Positions 40,412-50,214 of a stretch of DNA of 64,000 nucleotides are shown here, one piece after another. Under the pieces are notes generated by a model. That model saw only the letters and a list, made by a program, of their open reading frames with translations, ran no database searches and was not told where the DNA came from. The DNA comes from Candidatus Poribacteria bacterium. Lineage in GTDB: Bacteria > Poribacteria > WGA-4E > PCPOR2b. Location: positions 1,312,001 through 1,376,000 of the forward strand of contig OZ244587.1 of the NCBI GenBank assembly GCA_965218095.1, read 5' to 3'. Position numbers and translations under genes: made by a program. Positions within the stretch are counted from its first letter, which is position 1, and each line of letters begins with the position of its first letter.

Positions 40412-42384
40412 AACGCAAACGGACAATTATTCTTATTATCGGCATTCTGGTCCTCGTTGCTGTGGTTGCCATCCGTGCAACCATAACACGAGGTCAAAAG
40501 GACAAAGACGATGTAAACGAAAAAAAGGAGGTTGTCCGACACGGTGAATTTATCGTCAAAGTTAGAGAATCCGGCAACCTCGAACCCCTTGTCTCCGTTG
40601 ACGTTCGCTCGAATGTCGAAGGGGAGATCGAGGCGCTCTATATCAAAGAAGGCGATGTCGTGGAAAAAGAGCAGGCGCTGCTCCAGATCAACGACGAGCA
40701 AATCATTGAACAGCGGAAACAGGCCGAGGCGAATCGAAATGCGCGAAAGGCACAACTGGAACAGGCAAAACTGCGCATTGAGATGACAGAGAAGCAGCAG
40801 GAGAGCCAAATTACGCAAGCCCAAAACGCCGTTAAAGCCGCAGAGGCGGTCCTCGAGTTGCTGGAGGCAAACACACGCCAACGGATTACTGAAGCTGAGA
40901 CCCAAATTTCTACAACCAAAAACTTGCCTCAGCAGGACGAGATCGCGCTACGTCAGTCTGAAATTGGGCGACAGCAAGCAAACCTCACCCTTGAGCGAGC
41001 TCGGGCGGCAGAAGAATCGGCGACGGTTGCTTCTGAAACAGCCGAATCCGAATTGAAACGAAATCAGGAACTTTTCGAGAAAAAGTTGGTCTCGAAGCGG
41101 GCGCTTGAGGAAGCTGAAACACGCCGCGCAAACGCCCTTTCCCAATATGAAACCGCTCAAAAAGATGTCGAGTCTCAGATCAAGGCAGTTGAATCCCAAA
41201 CCCAAACCATTGATGCAAGAAAAGAGGCGATTGCAAGCCGTAAGGCAACCTTTCAGCTTCACCAACGGAACCTAACCACAATCAGAGAATCACAGGCAGC
41301 GCAAAAAAGACAACGCCTCGCAGAGTTGGAAAATGCGAAGACACGTCTCCAACAGATTCTGGAGACAACAGATGAAGAGAGGAAACTCACCATTCACGCA
41401 GAGGTTGGCGCACAAGCGGGGCTGCTAGAAGCTGAAAGCACCCTAAAAGCCCAGGAAGAACTTGTTGATTGGACAACTGTTGTCGCGCCGATGTCAGGAA
41501 CGGTTACGCTACTCAACGTCGAGGAGGGCGAAATTGTCACCTCTGGACGTTCCGCATTTTCTCGCGGCGGGCCCGCAATCCTGACCATCGCAGATCTCTC
41601 CAGAATGGTTGTCAAAACGCGGATCAACGAGGTGGACATCGCCAAGATTGAACTAGGACAAAGGGTGGAGATCCGTGTTGACGCTTACCGCGATAAAGTC
41701 TTTGAAGGCAGGGTGAGCGAAATTGCCCCAAGTGCATATACACCCCAACAAGGAAACCAACCAGCGGATGGCACGATCACTTTCGAGGTGATTATTGAAG
41801 TGATTGGATCGCCCCTCGAACTGCTGCCCGGCATGTCGGCAGACGTAGATATTATCGTCATGCAGCAGGAGGGCGTCCTTCAACTTCCTATCGATTCGGT
41901 GATCGATTCTGAAGTGTTGACGATCAAGGCAAATGTGCCAGCCGAATCGATAAGTCGTTTCAAATCCGATCAGGAAGTAGAGGTACAGAACCTCATTGGG
42001 AAGAAGTTTCCCGGCAAAGTTGGTAAAATCTCGTCGGACAAAACGCGCGGCAATGTCGAAATCTTGCTCGATGGAACGCCTCGTGGTTTGCGAACGGGAC
42101 CGACTGAGGTTCACATCTTATTCTCTGACACGGATAAGATCAAAGGGATTGAAGCTGAAATTGAAAGTGAAAAGAAGTATTTCGTCCTGCTTGATAAAGA
42201 AGCCCCACAAAAAAATACCCCAAAAAAGAAAAAGGGTAAAAAGAACAAAGAAAAGGGGGTTCGGACCCGGATCGAAGTTGGGCAGCGGAATAACACTCAC
42301 TTTGAGCTCATCAGCGGTCTTATCGAAGGCGATCGCGTATTCGTGCCTTCCATGCAACAACTCACACAAAAAGATCGGAGTTAG
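40408..42384 (+). CDS. Efflux periplasmic adaptor (MacA/HlyD-like) with very long coiled coil
   Basis: N-terminal TM; lipoyl halves IKEGDVVEK and APMSGTV; [13 protein letters not shown]; LLPGMSADV. Confidence 0.88.
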   Translation: MKRKRTIILIIGILVLVAVVAIRATITRGQKDKDDVNEKKEVVRHGEFIVKVRESGNLEPLVSVDVRSNVEGEIEALYIKEGDVVEKEQALLQINDEQIIEQRKQAEANRNARKAQLEQAKLRIEMTEKQQESQITQAQNAVKAAEAVLELLEANTRQRITEAETQISTTKNLPQQDEIALRQSEIGRQQANLTLERARAAEESATVASETAESELKRNQELFEKKLVSKRALEEAETRRANALSQYETAQKDVESQIKAVESQTQTIDARKEAIASRKATFQLHQRNLTTIRESQAAQKRQRLAELENAKTRLQQILETTDEERKLTIHAEVGAQAGLLEAESTLKAQEELVDWTTVVAPMSGTVTLLNVEEGEIVTSGRSAFSRGGPAILTIADLSRMVVKTRINEVDIAKIELGQRVEIRVDAYRDKVFEGRVSEIAPSAYTPQQGNQPADGTITFEVIIEVIGSPLELLPGMSADVDIIVMQQEGVLQLPIDSVIDSEVLTIKANVPAESISRFKSDQEVEVQNLIGKKFPGKVGKISSDKTRGNVEILLDGTPRGLRTGPTEVHILFSDTDKIKGIEAEIESEKKYFVLLDKEAPQKNTPKKKKGKKNKEKGVRTRIEVGQRNNTHFELISGLIEGDRVFVPSMQQLTQKDRS

Positions 42385-42400
42385 GAGTCGCGAGGTACCA

Positions 42401-43102
42401 ATGCTAACTGATGTTCGTAAAATACTAATTGATGTTCGTAACCTGACAAAAGTGTATGAAATGGGAGATGTAAGGGTTCACGCGCTGAGAGGCGTCTCAT
42501 TTACCGCCGAAAACGGTGAGTTTATTGCGGTCATGGGCCCGTCTGGTTCAGGAAAGTCTACACTGATGGACATCCTCGGCTGCCTTGCAAAGCCGACGGA
42601 AGGGGAATACTATCTCGAAGGAGAAGAAGTTGGTCAACTATCGGATAACCGTCTTGCCGAGATTCGCAATCGAAAGATTGGTTTTGTTTTTCAGTCGTAT
42701 AATCTTCTACCGCGAACGAGCGCCTTGCACAATGTTGAATTGCCGCTCATCTACAGTGGGGCGGGGCGTAAGGAACGGCGACGCAGAGCTTTTGAAGCGT
42801 TGGAAGCGGTGGGGTTAGCCGATCGGGTCAGTCATAAATCCACTGAGCTGTCCGGTGGACAGATCCAGCGCGTTGCAATTGCGCGTGCGCTCGTGAATAA
42901 CCCGTCAATGATCTTTGCCGATGAGCCAACGGGAAATTTGGATACCCGGTCCGGCAGCGAAATTATGGCAATTTTCGAGCAGCTAAATGAAGCAGGCAAC
43001 ACGATTATCATGGTCACACACGAACCCGAAATCGCAGCACATGCCCAACGCATCCTCCACATTCGGGATGGATTGATTGAGAGAGATGAAAAGATCGGGT
43101 AA
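42401..43102 (+). CDS. ABC transporter ATP-binding protein (MacB/LolD-like)
   Basis: [30 protein letters not shown]; GAGG SD at ATG 42401. Confidence 0.93.
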   Translation: MLTDVRKILIDVRNLTKVYEMGDVRVHALRGVSFTAENGEFIAVMGPSGSGKSTLMDILGCLAKPTEGEYYLEGEEVGQLSDNRLAEIRNRKIGFVFQSYNLLPRTSALHNVELPLIYSGAGRKERRRRAFEALEAVGLADRVSHKSTELSGGQIQRVAIARALVNNPSMIFADEPTGNLDTRSGSEIMAIFEQLNEAGNTIIMVTHEPEIAAHAQRILHIRDGLIERDEKIG

Positions 43103-43134
43103 TCAGCGAATTGGCACATACCTTCCGGAGACGA

Positions 43135-44118
43135 ATGAACGCTAGCGGCTGCCCCTCGGTCACAATCACGACACCCGCCCGGCTCCACTTTGCCCTCATT
43201 GATCTCAACGGCTCACTGGGCAGGATTGACGGGAGCATTGGTCTCGCAATCAATGGCCCGCATTTTGAAATTATTGCCGAACCGGCAAATCAGATTCGGA
43301 TTGCGTCTACCCAATACGAGGTGCGAGCGCGTGCTGTTGTCGAAAAGCTTCGAGCAAAATACAGCTTTCCGGGCATCCACCTTCAGCTTGTCTCTGAAAT
43401 CCCACCGCATTCCGGATTTGGCTCCGGGACACAATTGGCTTTAGGCATCGCCCAAGCGGTAAATATGCTTTACGATTTGAACTTGAGTGTAGCAGATTTG
43501 GCATGTACCGTCGGGCGCGGCGGTACATCAGGCATCGGCATTACCGCATTTGAACGGGGCGGGTTCATCCTTGATGGCGGTCACCGCTTCCCCAATCAAA
43601 AATCTTCTTTCTCACCCTCCTCCGCAGCGGGTAACGTTCCCGCGCCCCCGCTTCTCCTCTGTCATCCCTTCCCGGATTGGGAATTGCTCATCGTGATTCC
43701 GCGTTGCACGCATATCTCTGGCAAGACAGAGATTCAACTCTTCAAAACCCTCTGTCCCCAACCTAGAGCCACCGCCGAACAACTCTCCCACCTCATCCTC
43801 CTCAAGTTATTGCCGGCAATCTTTGAAAAGGACCGCCATGCCTTTGGATCCGCGATTAACGACATTCAGACCTTTGGCTGGAAAAAGGTTGAAATTGATG
43901 CCCAAGGCGGCATTCTGCAACGGACGCTTGACTTTTTACATGACAACGGCGCAATTGGTGCGGGTGTGAGCAGTTGGGGACCGGCGATCTTCGCCGTTGG
44001 GGATGACCTCCTCACCTTAAAAGGAAAGACAGAGGCGTTCCTCCAAACGTTGCCGGAAAGTGGAACCTGCTTTATCACGAATGCAAACAACGTTGGAGCA
44101 CAGGTTAAAGTCTCCTAA
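43135..44118 (+). CDS. mptG: Beta-ribofuranosylaminobenzene 5'-phosphate (beta-RFAP) synthase
   Basis: TPARLHFALIDLNGSLGRIDGSIGLAI, HSGFGSGTQLAL, GRGGTSGIG, GGFILDGGH, SSWGP (GHMP fold). Confidence 0.85.
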   Translation: MNASGCPSVTITTPARLHFALIDLNGSLGRIDGSIGLAINGPHFEIIAEPANQIRIASTQYEVRARAVVEKLRAKYSFPGIHLQLVSEIPPHSGFGSGTQLALGIAQAVNMLYDLNLSVADLACTVGRGGTSGIGITAFERGGFILDGGHRFPNQKSSFSPSSAAGNVPAPPLLLCHPFPDWELLIVIPRCTHISGKTEIQLFKTLCPQPRATAEQLSHLILLKLLPAIFEKDRHAFGSAINDIQTFGWKKVEIDAQGGILQRTLDFLHDNGAIGAGVSSWGPAIFAVGDDLLTLKGKTEAFLQTLPESGTCFITNANNVGAQVKVS

Positions 44119-44186
44119 GCTTCGGGCGTCCCCCTGTACCGCCCCTGGGGGTTACAAACCTCGCCGTTCAGGATGGGGTAGTTGAC
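44119..44186 (-). mobile_element. IS200/IS605 (IscB/HEARO-type) end remnant
   Basis: Minus strand GTCAACTACCCCATCCTGAACGGCGAGGTTTG followed by a CCCCCAGGG..CAGGGGG hairpin. Confidence 0.55.
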
Positions 44187-44193
44187 CATCCAG

Positions 44194-45081
44194 CTATATG
44201 ACAATCTCAGTCCCGATGCCCAATTGCGTAAAAACCTCTAGCAAAATCGCATGGCTAATTCGACCGTCAATAATATGCGTTTTCCAGACCCCGCCCTGGA
44301 GTGCAGTCACACACGCTTCGACTTTCGGTAACATCCCTGTGCCAATCACTCCATCGGCAATCAACCCTTCAATTTCATTGGTTCTTATTCTCGATATCAG
44401 CGTGGATTCATCGTGCAAATCTCGTAAGATGCCGCGTTGATCTGTCAACAGAATCAGCTTTTCTGCGTTGAGGGCAGCAGCTATTTCTCCTGCCATTGTA
44501 TCCGCGTTGATGTTATACGTGCAATCATCATCTCCCACACCGTTTGGTGCGAGCACCGGGATATAACCTTCTCGATCCAGGGTGATGAGTACCTCTGGCT
44601 TAACATCAACAATCTCTCCGACAAAACCTATATCCACGGAGGTTGTCCTTCCGTGTTCATCGATGACCTGCGGGCGGTGTTTCTGCACACGGATGAGGTT
44701 CGCATCCTTCCCACAAAGCCCAACCGCTTTTCCGCCGTGCAGGTTAATCAGTGAGACAATTTCTTTGTTGATTACCCCCGCGAGGACCATTTCAGCGATC
44801 TCAACCGTCTCCGAATCGGTGACTCGCAAGCCTTGTACAAACTCCGCCTCCTTGCCGACTCGCTGCATCCATTCGCTGATCTGCTCTCCGCCGCCATGCA
44901 CCACAACAGGGTGCATACCGACATACTTCATCAACACGACATCCTGCATCACGCTGTGCTTGAGCGATTCCTGCTTCATCGCAGAGCCCCCGTACTTAAT
45001 CACGATTGTTTTGCCCGAAAAACTCCGAATGTACGGCAACGCCTCAATTAGAATATCTGCTTTTTTGACGAGTTCATCCAT
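44194..45081 (-). CDS. argB: Acetylglutamate kinase
   Basis: EALPYI, VIKYGG, VHGGG, GLRVTD, YNINAD, GMLPKV. Confidence 0.97.
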   Translation of the reverse strand: MDELVKKADILIEALPYIRSFSGKTIVIKYGGSAMKQESLKHSVMQDVVLMKYVGMHPVVVHGGGEQISEWMQRVGKEAEFVQGLRVTDSETVEIAEMVLAGVINKEIVSLINLHGGKAVGLCGKDANLIRVQKHRPQVIDEHGRTTSVDIGFVGEIVDVKPEVLITLDREGYIPVLAPNGVGDDDCTYNINADTMAGEIAAALNAEKLILLTDQRGILRDLHDESTLISRIRTNEIEGLIADGVIGTGMLPKVEACVTALQGGVWKTHIIDGRISHAILLEVFTQLGIGTEIVI

Positions 45082-45110
45082 TCATGACCTCCGGTTTTTT
45101 GATTTCGGTG

Positions 45111-45365
45111 CTACTTCAGAATCAACATTTTCCGTTTAGCGGTGAATTCACCGGCCCTCAATCCGTAGAAATAAATTCCACTGGTAACAGGTTCACCTTG
45201 AGCATTTAATCCCTCCCAATACGCGGCGCGGTCTTGGGTCAGATAATTGCCGGCCGGCAAGCGCCCCAGATAAAAGGTACGAATCAGGCTGCCGCCGGAA
45301 TGGTAGATGTGGATGGTGACACGCGCTTCCTCGCCAAGCTGAAACGGAATTCGATGGGTAGCTGA
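45111..45365 (-). pseudogene. Orphan FlgD-Ig-like C-terminal domain fragment
   Basis: RIPFQL...VTIHIY..G.LIRT..LG..PAG.Y.....AAYW.G.N..GEPV.SGIYFY.L.AGEFTA.RKMLILK; no own start, the NYPNPFNP lead-in is missing. Confidence 0.7.
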
Positions 45366-45367
45366 TA

Positions 45368-46576
45368 TTACGTCCGATAGTCCGCATTGATCCGAATATA
45401 ATCGTAAGAATAGTCGCACGTCCACATCGTGACCTCTGCATCGCCGGCATTCAGGTCAACCGTGATTGTCACGGTATCTTTGGAAAAGAGGTCAGTTGCT
45501 TTATCCTCATCAAAACCCGCGTCCATTCCGTCTTTGACGAGCTGATAGCCGCCGAGCCAGACATCCACCTGATACGGGTCGAACTCCGCTTCCGATTTTC
45601 CGACCGCCATCATGATGCGCCCCCAATTTGCGTCTGCCCCAAAGACAGCAGTCTTCACAAGTGGCGATTCCGCGATTGCACGGGCTGCCATCTCTCCTTC
45701 CGCTTCGTTCTTTGCACCCTTCACGATGACTTCGATCAGCTTCGTCGCGCCCTCTCCATCCTGCGCGATCATCTTCGCCAACTCAACGCAGACAAAATTC
45801 AGCCCCTCATGGAACGCCTCACAATCATCGCCTGCTGTTTCGGTAATCTCCGGATTCCCTGCGGCGCCTGTCGCCAAGATTAACACAGTGTCGTTTGTGC
45901 TTCTATCCGAATCGACCGTCATGCGATTGAAGGACTTCACAACGGACTCGCGTAATACAGTTTGTAGCGCCTCACTGGTGATGTTCGCGTCCGTCGCCAG
46001 AAAAGCGAGCATCGTTGCCATATTTGGGGCGATCATCCCAGCACCTTTCGTCATGCCACCAATTCTCACCGTTTTGCCCCCAATCTCAAGCTCAACCGCG
46101 ATCTCTTTGGGGACAGTATCCGTCGTCATGATTGCGAGCGCGGCATCATGGTCGCCTTCCGTTTGCAAGGCATCGGCGGCGAGACGGATGCCGTGAGCAA
46201 TCGTATCCATCGGTAATTGCTGTCCGATGACGCCCGTCGAAGCCACTAACACAAGACACGGATCGATACCGAGCGCCTCCCCTGCGAGCGAGGTCATCTG
46301 ACGGGCATTCGCTATGCCTTGTTCGCCTGTGCATGCGTTGGCGTTCTTGCTGTTGACGACAATCGCTTGCGCCGTATGGTCACTGAGATGTTCGCGGCAA
46401 ACCAAAACGACCGGCGCACAAACACGATTCCGTGTGAAAACGCCTGCCGCAACCGCCGGCGCATCCGCCGTGATCAGCGCAACATCCTTTTCGTTATTCG
46501 GTTTCAGTCCTGCATGGACGCCTGCGGCGTTTATTCCCGGCACCGCCGTGATTCCGCCGTCGATCTGTTTCATCAA
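45368..46576 (-). CDS. argJ: Bifunctional ornithine acetyltransferase/N-acetylglutamate synthase
   Basis: AGVFTRN, NANACTG, STGVIG, IMTTDT, KGAGMIAPNMATML, DGEGATK, INADYRT. Confidence 0.97.
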   Translation of the reverse strand: MMKQIDGGITAVPGINAAGVHAGLKPNNEKDVALITADAPAVAAGVFTRNRVCAPVVLVCREHLSDHTAQAIVVNSKNANACTGEQGIANARQMTSLAGEALGIDPCLVLVASTGVIGQQLPMDTIAHGIRLAADALQTEGDHDAALAIMTTDTVPKEIAVELEIGGKTVRIGGMTKGAGMIAPNMATMLAFLATDANITSEALQTVLRESVVKSFNRMTVDSDRSTNDTVLILATGAAGNPEITETAGDDCEAFHEGLNFVCVELAKMIAQDGEGATKLIEVIVKGAKNEAEGEMAARAIAESPLVKTAVFGADANWGRIMMAVGKSEAEFDPYQVDVWLGGYQLVKDGMDAGFDEDKATDLFSKDTVTITVDLNAGDAEVTMWTCDYSYDYIRINADYRT

Positions 46577-46660
46577 AACTCTCCATCGGGTAAAGGTTCA
46601 ATTTCCCTGTATCCCACTTTCCCTGTATCCCACTGTATCCTATTACTAATTGGTGCGTCA

Positions 46661-46737
46661 ATTATAGCGAGTCATACGAGAATTGTCAATCGTCAATTCT
46701 ATTTTGGATTGCTAAGATGTTGCTTTGGTGGTATAAT
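46661..46737. promoter_or_regulatory. Divergent sigma70 promoters (argJ and iolB-like gene)
   Basis: Minus: TTGACA-17-TATAAT (46661-46689); plus: TTGCTA-17-TATAAT (46709-46737). Confidence 0.65.
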
Positions 46738-46915
46738 GCGGATACCCTTTCGAGGTTTATTCTGATGAACTGCAAGTCCAATTTAACCCCATTATCAAGG
46801 AGAAAGAATATTATCTTGATAGGAATGTGGATCTAAGTACCTGTAATCCTAAACGAATACGATAGTCAAGACAGGTTTGAAATTTGTTATCCTGTCACAG
46901 ATCTGTTTCAGTAAA

Positions 46916-47560
46916 ATGAATCTGTATAAAAAATACGAACCGAATGAAGGATATACGCGGATTATTGAGCGCGGCGAAATGGGAATAGCGCATCTCGATT
47001 TTGGCATCGTCAATCTCGGCGTCGGTGGATTTTTCTTTGAAGACACTGCAGATAACGAAGTTTCGCTGATTGTGCTAGGTGGCAGATGCGAACTGCTTGT
47101 TGGGCACAATGGGAATAAGGCGCACGGCCTCATCGGTGAACGTCCAAACGTCTTTGGCGACGAAGCGCATCGTGCGTATATCCCTTATCGGACGACATAT
47201 GAGCTCTTTGCGCACGACGAGTCTGCCGAGGTTGCAGTCTGCAAAACTCCCTCTCATCTCGAAACAGCAGCCGTCATCCTCGAACCGGGCGACGATTTCA
47301 ACGATAGCGAACACGCGTCGATTATCAGCGAAACATCCGTTCACTTGATTTCTGGTGAAGCAGTCTGCTTCTATCGCTTCGATTCCGCGACGGGTGGTGC
47401 ATTTCTACGCATCTACAGCAATAGCGATTCATATGATCAAACCATGCGGATTGGCCACAATGATGTGTTCGCGTTGCCCAAAAGTTATCATGCAGAACTT
47501 GTGGAATCGAAGGATCGGCTGTATTGCCTCTCGATTTCTTTTGTTGGGAAAGAATTTTGA
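46916..47560 (+). CDS. Shortened 5-deoxy-glucuronate isomerase (IolB/KduI)-like cupin
   Basis: EVSLIVLGG, GERPNVF, AYIP, LPKSYH; the central WSSYPPHKH-type catalytic segment is not seen. Confidence 0.6.
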   Translation: MNLYKKYEPNEGYTRIIERGEMGIAHLDFGIVNLGVGGFFFEDTADNEVSLIVLGGRCELLVGHNGNKAHGLIGERPNVFGDEAHRAYIPYRTTYELFAHDESAEVAVCKTPSHLETAAVILEPGDDFNDSEHASIISETSVHLISGEAVCFYRFDSATGGAFLRIYSNSDSYDQTMRIGHNDVFALPKSYHAELVESKDRLYCLSISFVGKEF

Positions 47561-47611
47561 AAAAATGTGAGTCATCGATCGCCCCCGAGACAGTTCTAAG
47601 CTGGAAGACCG

Positions 47612-47875
47612 ATGCCGCGTGAAGGCGCGTATGCCATCCGAAATCGCCCCGAAATCCGAGAAATTATCGAGGAAGTTAAATTAGGACGATATTTCGTTAT
47701 CTATGCGTCGAGACAAGTGGGCAAAACCCCGTTGATTCAGGAGGTTGTCGAGAAGCTTGAACCCGATGAAACCTATCTGGTTTTATATCTCCAATGTCAA
47801 GCTCTGAGCTCAATGAGCAGCGATTCTATCAGATTCTTGCAAAGGAGATGTTGTTTGAAATCGAGATTGGTTTAA
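47612..47875 (+). pseudogene. N-terminal fragment of AAA ATPase (AAA_35-like)
   Basis: GRYFVIYASRQVGK Walker A variant, then truncation. Confidence 0.65.
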
Positions 47876-48052
47876 CCAAGAAGAGTATCAGGAAACTCTA
47901 ATTAAAAGGGCTTGCCACTAAAGATGATATTAACCGAATAGAAACAAAACTAGAAGCACTTAATCAGAATTTTATTGACCATTTGAAAGGACACCCCTAA
48001 CTCTCTAACGAAGTGAGATCCCGATTTATCGGGACCTTACGGAGGATTTACC

Positions 48053-48970
48053 ATGAAATGCACCATGTCGGTTTCGATCCCGATCTTATCGGGGCTCGTT
48101 TTGACAATTCTGTTTGTTTTCCCTGTGATTGGGTTCTCGGAACTTACCGAGAAAGACTTAGAGAAAATCCAACAAATCGTTCAATCTGAAGTGAATACCA
48201 TCAAGCAAGACATAACAGAAGTTGAACTCCGATTAATTGAGAAGATACGTGAATCGGAGAATCGGCTTCAATCTCAATTTAACGTTGCTCTGGATAACCG
48301 AACCAACGACATCATGATAATCTTTGCCGTAGTTTCTATGGGGTTCTTCCTTCTGTTCGGTTGCATCCTACTAGTTGGCGCATTGCGAAACCGTCAGCCT
48401 AAATTGCGAAACCGTCAGCCTAACAAGAAACTTATCATTCTTATGATGATTAGCCTCGCCGGTGCGTTGCTATGTCGAGTACCTCCCATCAATGCACAGC
48501 CAGATAGGTTTTTTGGAGATATTGTCTGTACTCGGTTAACTGTCTTGAATCGAAATCAAAGAGAAGTCGTGAGCATATTTCCCTATGGGGATGATGGTGG
48601 AAGTATTCAGATTCACGGGAAGCCGGGACAACGCGCTGTCATGGGCACCGATGGGGATGGCGGACAGGTCTTACTTAGAGGCAAGCATGGTGATGTTAGC
48701 ATATACACCGATGGACAGGGTGGACGACTTAATATTTCCTCTAGTAAGTCTGGGAAAGCTACCATGCTAATCAATGAGTATGGTGGAAGCATTAGTCTTA
48801 GTCAAACAAGTAAAATAAGTCGCGAACAGGGCATACTAGATGGTATAAATGAACCTGGGGATTTGCGGCTAGTAGACCCACGAGGACATGAAAGAATGTT
48901 CATAGGGGTAGATGAAGATGGAAACGGCGTAATAGCAAAATGGGACAAGAACGGGTATCGTCTCAAATGA
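48053..48970 (+). CDS. Hypothetical membrane/exported protein: coiled coil, TM, Gly-rich beta repeats
   Basis: GGAGG SD; signal peptide; ELTEKDLEKIQQIV coiled coil; second hydrophobic leader; repeated D..GG.(I/V/L) units. Confidence 0.7.
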   Translation: MKCTMSVSIPILSGLVLTILFVFPVIGFSELTEKDLEKIQQIVQSEVNTIKQDITEVELRLIEKIRESENRLQSQFNVALDNRTNDIMIIFAVVSMGFFLLFGCILLVGALRNRQPKLRNRQPNKKLIILMMISLAGALLCRVPPINAQPDRFFGDIVCTRLTVLNRNQREVVSIFPYGDDGGSIQIHGKPGQRAVMGTDGDGGQVLLRGKHGDVSIYTDGQGGRLNISSSKSGKATMLINEYGGSISLSQTSKISREQGILDGINEPGDLRLVDPRGHERMFIGVDEDGNGVIAKWDKNGYRLK

Positions 48971-49216
48971 TAGAAATCGTTGGAACCCTCTTAGCCCTGA
49001 TAATCGGCTTGATTTTGGCTTCACTCGGTTGGGGCTGTTGGGACTTAATTTTGAAAACTTGGAAATTTTACCGATAGAAACACTTAACCTACGGCGGATC
49101 TAACAATATCAAGCAACCCTTACCCTATGCTAAACCCTAACGAAGAACTTCGAGAGATGTTGAAAGAGGCTCTCGAAATAACAACTCGGAATAGTCGCCA
49201 GATTGATAAACTTGCC

Positions 49217-50100
49217 CGAACAACAGATCCCCGATGACGTGATGGATTTCATCGCCGATAAGACGGGAGGACAACCGTATCTGATCTGGCCGTCAAAATT
49301 CTGGTCACGGAGATTAAACCCTACACCGACTCCCGATCCATCATCCTTGCCGACGCCGAAGCAGCTTACATGAAGATACTCAACATGCGCGGCAACACCA
49401 ATCTGGATTCCATTCGCAAGCGAATTCAACCGGCGGAACATCGTGAGCGGCTGATGACGATCCTGACACAAGGGAATGTCCGCTATAATTTGAATGACCC
49501 CATTCTGGAGGAGTTGATCACCTTCGGCGTTATCAGCGATCAAAGTAGCTACTGTGCCATCAGCAATCCTGCCTACGCGCACACGATTATCACGTTGTAC
49601 ATGCCGTGACACAATGGTTCCGTGGAGGAATACTTCCCCGACGGCCATCAGCAGGTCATTGATGCGGATGGATTCATCAACCTCCACACGGTCATTGAGC
49701 AATTCCAGTATTTCCTGCCGAAGGTCGATCCCGCTTTCTACTTTCCCAACCAGACGCCGGTGGAAATTGTTCCACAATACTTTCTGTTCAGCCAATTGGA
49801 GGTGCTCTGCGCCTACACTGGTGGACACGTCTGCGCCGAAGTGCATCAAGGCAGCAAACGGATGGATCTGGTTCTCTTTGAGACGGCGGGACGGAAGCAG
49901 GTGATCGAATACAAAATCTGGCGCGGGCCTGCTTATCGGCAAAACGGACGGAATCAGTTAGCCGACTACCTGATTCACGAAGGGTTGGCGGAGGGGTATC
50001 TGGTTTTCCTCGCTCACGGGGGAAAGCAAGCTACAGTTTTAATCAAGCTGACATGGGTGGTAGGTGCATTTACGAAAAGCCAGTTTGAATATATCATTAC
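49217..50100 (+). pseudogene. C-terminal remnant of AAA ATPase fused to PD-(D/E)XK nuclease-like domain
   Basis: DKTGGQPYLI, ISNPAY, RMDLVL...VIEYKIW...QLADYL..EGLAEGYLVF spread over several frames. Confidence 0.7.
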
Positions 50101-50214
50101 CTTACCTAAAAGGTTGAGCGAGTGGGCAAAGGGGTGAGACAAGGACAGGAAGAAGGTAGGACAGGAAGAAGGTAGGAAAGGGAAGGGATGGTAGAATGGA
50201 AGGAGAGGAAGAAT

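Noticed and set aside
41996-42400. N-terminal extension of the ABC ATPase ORF; similar extensions on queA and the large TPR gene
   Set aside because: They overlap upstream genes or promoters, and better starts with SD or conserved N-termini lie downstream.
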